From the NCBI GenBank assembly GCA_964019425.1, contig OZ025795.1, forward strand, positions 62,001-126,000: 64,000 bases of DNA, read 5' to 3'. Shown piece by piece: positions 58,822 to 64,000 of this stretch; positions within the stretch are counted from its first letter, which is position 1; each line of letters begins with the position of its first letter. Source of the DNA: Flectonema sp. DT1601. Its lineage: Eukaryota. The notes below the pieces were generated by a model, which had not been told where the DNA came from, searched no databases, and worked only from the letters and a program-made list of their open reading frames with translations. The position numbers and the translations under genes were made by a program.

Positions 58822-59154
58822 TTTATCCTTAATTCACAAGTAGGTCGATGGTTTTGTTATTTCTGTAATTAGAATGTTTGATTACAAGAAAAAACACACC
58901 CGGAACTCAACTAAAGTTTAAACTGCTAATCAATAATGACTACGATTAACATCATTTCGACAGCAGAAAAGCAGCCTCATAAGACTGCTGCTATGGGACA
59001 AAAGAAAGAATGAAAAGAGATCCTCGGTTAATTCCCCCCCCCTCTCCCATTATTTTGTTGTTTTAAGAATATAATAGTTTTTTTGGTAGTTGGTACAGAA
59101 GAAGCTTTTATTTAAAAAAGAACCCCTTTTTTCAGGATCAACAAGAAGAAGGTT

Positions 59155-61002
59155 TCAAACGAGCATTTTTGGATCTCGAGACTTCACCATGCGAAACAGT
59201 ACGTCGTGGAATTTAGAAACAGATATTAATCCGCTTGAGAAGAACTCTGATTGTTTGAACGATGAGATGACATCATCAACGTATTGATTACCAACGACTC
59301 GTTTAGCAAAAGAGACTGCTTGGGACTCAGTTAGACCGTTTGGGTATTTTACGGGGAAGTAGAATTGTAAAAACTCAAAAGGATCAACAGACCCGTCATC
59401 ATTCAGATCCATGAGATTCCAAATATTAGTCAAAACTAACTCACCAAGAAAACGTTGATTCTCTGGGAGGTTATTTATTGTCGATCGCAACTCGTCTATT
59501 GTTAGCAGACCATCTTTGTCGGAATCAAAGTAATCAAAACAGAAGTTCAATCTTTCCATTTCACTTATCCAAGCAGATCTGCTAAACTGAGAAACAATAA
59601 CATGTTTCTCTTCTCTGACACAACTGATGGGATCGTATCCAAGTTTCTTACCAGCTTCAGCTATCGCTACAATAGAATCCATTCCCTTTGCAATGGTTGC
59701 GTATAAACAAGCAACTTTATATATTTTATTAAGATCGATTTCCCTACCACGAATATGAGTAGCCTCATATTCTGTTTTCATTGTAATGTGACTACATAGT
59801 TGTAGATAACCTCCTTTACCTTTTCTTTCCATTCTAGATTGTTTAATCGCATCCGTGATGACCTTACCTGATAAAGGAACGGCTACAACTAATCCTTTGA
59901 ATGGCATTTCTTTCTTTAAATCTGCGTATGTGAATTCATGATTCTCTTTGTAGGTTCCTTTACCTCTAATATTTCCGCTGTTAATGAGTGCACAGTCAGC
60001 TGTTAGACCAGAACACAGTGATGTTAATAAATAAGTTGCAAGAGTTGAAGGTCCATGACGAATACCTGCAGATGACAATACAGAAGGGGCTCTGAAGAGA
60101 ACTGCTGAGCTGAATTGTTTGAGTACTTCGCAGTGAGCGTCTACTCTTTTTCTAATTGATTCATCTTCTTCAAAGTCTGAAAGAGGTTGTAATGTTGTAT
60201 TAATATGAAAGTCATCTTCGTAGAAAGTGATATCAATAATTCCAACATTCACGGCGTTCTCACCGACCTTTAAGACTGTGCTGCCGTTTCTACTTTCATG
60301 AAACACATCGTGATCATGGCCACCAATTATTATGGGAAATCTACTTCCAAACTTTTCCATAAAAAGTCTATCCTCAGCTATTGACTGATGAGTCATTGGA
60401 ACTACCAAATTTACTTTCTTTTCTTCAAGTAATTCCTTTGACAGTTTATCAGCTGTTTCATCAACAGGAAGGATCTTTGCTCCCCCAAAACACTGAACTG
60501 GGTACAGTCCTGGATCGTTTGTATTTAACCCGAGTAATGCTACAGAACGATCTAATTCACCTTTTGGTTTCACAATACAATACGTTGGCATTGTTTTATT
60601 AGGAAGAAGCCAAGGAGTAGCAGAGACCCGTTCTGTATTTAGAGGTAAGTCAGGGATGTTGCTATTTATCCAAGTAAACTTACTCTCGCTAATCCTTTTT
60701 AGTAGTTCGTTGTATGGGATGTCGTTTTCGTGGTTACCAAAACAGCAATAGTCGAGTCCACATTCATTCATTACGTCAATCATTCCCTTCCCAAAGTCTA
60801 ATGATGAGAGAAGACTTGGTGCTACAAAGTCTCCAGCTAATACGCTTATTGTTTTTAGTCCTTTATCCTTTCCTAACTCACGAATAGCTCTTGCGAACCT
60901 AGGTAGTGCTTGTAATGTATAAACGTCATTTAACTGAAGAATTCGGAGTCTGGAAACCGGACCGTCTTCCAGCTTTCTCTTCTGTTCTTCGCGCATACTC
61001 AT
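59155..61002 (-). CDS. 5'-nucleotidase/apyrase family metallophosphoesterase with C-terminal EF-hands
   Basis: LQLNDVY, GDFVAPSLLS, GNHEND, MTHQ, IGGHDH, 5'-NT C-domain (INSGNIRG...MPF...GGYLQ), EF loops DSDKDGLLTIDE and DLNDDGSVDPFE. Confidence 0.88.
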   Translation of the reverse strand: MSMREEQKRKLEDGPVSRLRILQLNDVYTLQALPRFARAIRELGKDKGLKTISVLAGDFVAPSLLSSLDFGKGMIDVMNECGLDYCCFGNHENDIPYNELLKRISESKFTWINSNIPDLPLNTERVSATPWLLPNKTMPTYCIVKPKGELDRSVALLGLNTNDPGLYPVQCFGGAKILPVDETADKLSKELLEEKKVNLVVPMTHQSIAEDRLFMEKFGSRFPIIIGGHDHDVFHESRNGSTVLKVGENAVNVGIIDITFYEDDFHINTTLQPLSDFEEDESIRKRVDAHCEVLKQFSSAVLFRAPSVLSSAGIRHGPSTLATYLLTSLCSGLTADCALINSGNIRGKGTYKENHEFTYADLKKEMPFKGLVVAVPLSGKVITDAIKQSRMERKGKGGYLQLCSHITMKTEYEATHIRGREIDLNKIYKVACLYATIAKGMDSIVAIAEAGKKLGYDPISCVREEKHVIVSQFSRSAWISEMERLNFCFDYFDSDKDGLLTIDELRSTINNLPENQRFLGELVLTNIWNLMDLNDDGSVDPFEFLQFYFPVKYPNGLTESQAVSFAKRVVGNQYVDDVISSFKQSEFFSSGLISVSKFHDVLFRMVKSRDPKMLV

Positions 61003-61415
61003 CCTTGGGTCTGGAAAGTATGAAAAATATAAATTAATTATTATGTTCCTTTCAGCAGAATTACTGTAAAAAAAAGCTCATTATCGTAAAAGCTGGTTGA
61101 AAGACAGAAATGGTAATTGTCGTCGGATTCAATATCCTCTCATTTTCAGTTAAATAATAATTAAAGTGAGTACCCGTCACTTGCTATCTTATGTGACTTC
61201 GTGTCTCTGTTATTTGTTACTAAACAAAACTGAACTGTTGCAACAGCTTCGCGAACGAGCTAATCATGTGCAGAGCTGCTTTTCTTGCTTTAAGGAAAAA
61301 AAAAAGAAAAAGAATTTTGATACCCATCCCAGCTAACGATAAAAGATCGTAAAGATAACATAATATCAATTACCCTTAAATAAGTAGCATAATTATGAAT
61401 CACCTCCTGATGTGA

Positions 61416-62378
61416 TTACCACACTTTATTCCTTACAAGACCGTAATCATAATTTTGAACTTTGCTGTGGTCTAGAAATCCTCTCGCAGATTCGGAGTAC
61501 TCGCTTTGAACATCTTCATTAAGACACGCAGGTTGGATGAGTGAGCTTTTCCAAGCAGGTTCTCCAAAGAATAAGTGAAATGTGTACTCAAGAAAATAAC
61601 CATTCAAAGAACCTCTGTAGCCACCCTTTCCTGTTAAGAACTTACTAAGAAGTTGATCGTAGAACTGAACTGGATTCTTTTGAATAATAGATTGAGGGAT
61701 AACATATTGACCACAACACCAACCTTGTAGGTTTTCAACTTCTACAGTTCGTAACTTACCAAATAACTCATTATACATCTCAAGGTATGATTTATTCGTC
61801 TTTCCCCTTTTCAAAGTGTATTTTGGCTTTTTTTCAATATAAGCTCTGTACGAGGAAGCGTTGCCGACTTCCCATTCCATCGAGACGAGAGGAACAAATT
61901 CTTCTTTTTTTTCAGCGCACTTGACAGAAGGTTGGAGAACATCCCATCCATGGCGTTGATGCCAAGCATATTGATGACCATGTAAGAATATAACATTTGG
62001 TGGACGAGGCTTATCGATACTTCCATCAGCCAAGTATCCCAAGTAGCCGTAGTACTCTCTACAGACTTGAGGGTTTAGAGCTGGTAATACTTCGTGACAG
62101 TTTTGTTTCCTAACCCAAACCATGTAGCCTAAGTCAACTAACTCTTGTACAACTGTGTGATTACTTCCGCCGATTACAATGAGTGATTGGTTTATAAACA
62201 CTCCACCTTCCCTCCACATCCATTTACCCATTGTATTGCTGCCTTCCTTCATGACTCCATGATGCTTCGGTTTTTTAACTTCAACAGTAACAACTACTGG
62301 AGGATTTTCCGGATAAGAGTTGGAAATTAAAACAACGGCGATGAGGCCAAAGATCAGTGCCAGTACCCTGTTTTGCAT
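61416..62378 (-). CDS. DUF3431-like type II membrane protein
   Basis: N-terminal anchor (MQNRVLALIFGLIAVVLIS); REYYGYLGYL, VIFLHGHQYAWHQ, CCGQYVI...I...PVQFY, GYFLEYTFHLFFGEP. Confidence 0.7.
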   Translation of the reverse strand: MQNRVLALIFGLIAVVLISNSYPENPPVVVTVEVKKPKHHGVMKEGSNTMGKWMWREGGVFINQSLIVIGGSNHTVVQELVDLGYMVWVRKQNCHEVLPALNPQVCREYYGYLGYLADGSIDKPRPPNVIFLHGHQYAWHQRHGWDVLQPSVKCAEKKEEFVPLVSMEWEVGNASSYRAYIEKKPKYTLKRGKTNKSYLEMYNELFGKLRTVEVENLQGWCCGQYVIPQSIIQKNPVQFYDQLLSKFLTGKGGYRGSLNGYFLEYTFHLFFGEPAWKSSLIQPACLNEDVQSEYSESARGFLDHSKVQNYDYGLVRNKVW

Positions 62379-62632
62379 TGTCTTGAGAATACCTGAAAGG
62401 GGTGATTTTTTGACTAAAAAAATTAAAGAGAGAGAGAAAAAAAAAAAACTCATCATCGTTTTTTCTAGAATTTGGGGTATGGTTATATATAAATAGTACC
62501 ACCACACGAGTGCGATAATTTAGTATCGAATTTTCATAAGTCAGAGAAACATGGACCTATACCACATGATATTATAAACGTTTTTGTTTTGTTTTGTTTT
62601 GTTTTGTTTTAAAAATTTCCACTTTTTTTTGG

Positions 62633-62664
<32 letters not shown>

Positions 62665-62906
62665 CGACTGGAGCAAAGAAAAGTCACAAGAAAATAAAAC
62701 AAACTACAAACTTGGCAAGATTACTATTAACACCTCACTAGGCGATGGTTGATCCTTTTAAAAAGGAATTCATTATTGTTGATATGGAATACGCACACAT
62801 GGGTTAGATAAAAATATAAAATAGTATAATAATAACTAAGCAATCACAAAGAACTGTTTCCAATGTATGTTGGGAAATGGTGATATTCTTTTATACTAAA
62901 GAAGCT

Positions 62907-63371
62907 TTAGAAACCTTCAGGAAGATGACTTTCAGCATAATCAACAAACCTTGTGATAGGAGGATCGAGGATTAACGGAAGAAATGGAATAATTACGAGT
63001 CCAGAACAAGTCGGAGCAAAATTTTTAACTTGTGACGGTTTCCAAGAAGACAACAACTGACGAGTAAGAGCAACCTGCTTATTAACAAAAAAAGCAGGAA
63101 TGGTAACAGATGCCATAAGCTGCCACAGAGCTGCGATACCAAAAGCAGAGAATGCCTTTTTATCACTGAATCCTTTAGACTTTGCAACACGAGCCTTGTC
63201 AATAGCATCTCCACCTGCATAACCGATTGCTACAGCGTACGTACCAAAGACAACACTTTTTGGAATTAACGGTCTGAAAGCTTCTCCCAACTCATTTGCA
63301 TATCCTGCGTACCTCACGTTGCTGTCTCTCCACCAGTCAAATTGCTCAGTCATCTTATGGTTGTGTGTCAT
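62907..63371 (-). CDS. MTFP1: Mitochondrial fission process protein 1 (MTP18)
   Basis: RDSNVRYAGYANELGEAFRP, WQLMASVTIPAFFVN, PT..GL..IPFL...LDPPI. Start may be the ATG at 63353. Confidence 0.9.
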   Translation of the reverse strand: MTHNHKMTEQFDWWRDSNVRYAGYANELGEAFRPLIPKSVVFGTYAVAIGYAGGDAIDKARVAKSKGFSDKKAFSAFGIAALWQLMASVTIPAFFVNKQVALTRQLLSSWKPSQVKNFAPTCSGLVIIPFLPLILDPPITRFVDYAESHLPEGF

Positions 63372-63743
63372 TTAGATAAATCTGTGATGAGAAAAATGGT
63401 AAAATTTAAAAGACAATTTCAGTGAGGGTAAAACATTGCAAAAAAAAAAAAAAAAACATCAGTATACTTTTGTAGTTTTTTTTTTCTGTTTAAAAAAAAA
63501 ATTTTAATGAAATATTCTTACAATCAAAAAAAAAAAAAATAATAATTACCACGAACACTAATACAGATGTATGCGCAAATGCTATATTTTTCTTGATAAA
63601 TCTGTTTCTCGCTGGGGGTAACTTGATACTGGGGGGGGGTACTACGTAAGACTGAAAGATATTTCATCTCAACCATGATATTTGTTAGTAGTGCAACATC
63701 CTCATAGGGTGCAACTTATAAAAAAAATGAAATTTCAAAGCAG

Positions 63744-63941
63744 CTAATCGTCCTTTTTCGTTCTCTTGCTGTCTTGGCGATCAGTTGTTTCGAGGGCTCT
63801 CTTTTCTTGTTCTTTTTCTTTTTCTAATTGTCTTTCAAAGAAGGAATCGAATTTCATATTCTTTAGTATACTCCAATATGATCTCGGGTGATCACTTTCA
63901 ACAATCGTTCCTGAGAGAATGAATCCTCCAGTCCCAGACAT
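63744..63941 (-). CDS. Short hypothetical ORF or last exon of a gene extending beyond the window
   Basis: 65-aa ORF preceded by an AAAACAG acceptor-like site. Confidence 0.35.
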   Translation of the reverse strand: MSGTGGFILSGTIVESDHPRSYWSILKNMKFDSFFERQLEKEKEQEKRALETTDRQDSKRTKKDD

Positions 63942-64000
63942 TGCAACAAAAGGATGAGTTCTGTTTTCAAGTACCTGATGCTCTCGCCACCAAGTCTCAG

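Noticed and set aside
1..64000. Spliced-leader RNA, snRNA or rRNA genes and non-canonical introns
   Set aside because: None recognised by eye; all inferred introns are GT-AG. An Infernal/Rfam scan would be needed to exclude small RNA genes.

Overview
AT-rich eukaryotic genomic DNA. About 40 protein-coding genes lie head-to-tail on the minus strand, many with short GT-AG introns whose acceptors are A/C-rich rather than polypyrimidine. This layout, plus BILBO1-like, trypanin/GAS8 and RIB43A genes, suggests a flagellated euglenozoan, most likely a diplonemid (inference; no search was run). Recognisable genes include an M64 peptidase (partial), TBC-TLDc protein, RPLP0, calmodulin-like protein, GAS8, RIB43A, RAD9, RPL23A, EMC10, a membrane-anchored cathepsin L, a Qc-SNARE, V-ATPase H, a PB1-TPR-UBA protein, eIF2-beta (x2), BILBO1-like (x2), Mpr1-type GNAT (x2), a 5'-nucleotidase with EF-hands, a DUF3431-like protein and MTFP1. 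Main observations: (1) a family of six microprotein genes I do not recognise: three spliced 69-70 aa genes that the ORF track does not resolve, plus three 104-aa copies, sharing F[RH]xE-x9-H[RK]N...NPxYxN; (2) duplicated genes with near-identical exons but unrelated intron interiors and flanks; (3) a 697-bp Mutator-like element with 17-bp TIRs and a perfect 9-bp TSD; (4) an expanded intron holding a 182-bp tandem repeat between complementary U23/A22 tracts. Splice sites were read by eye and need RNA confirmation.
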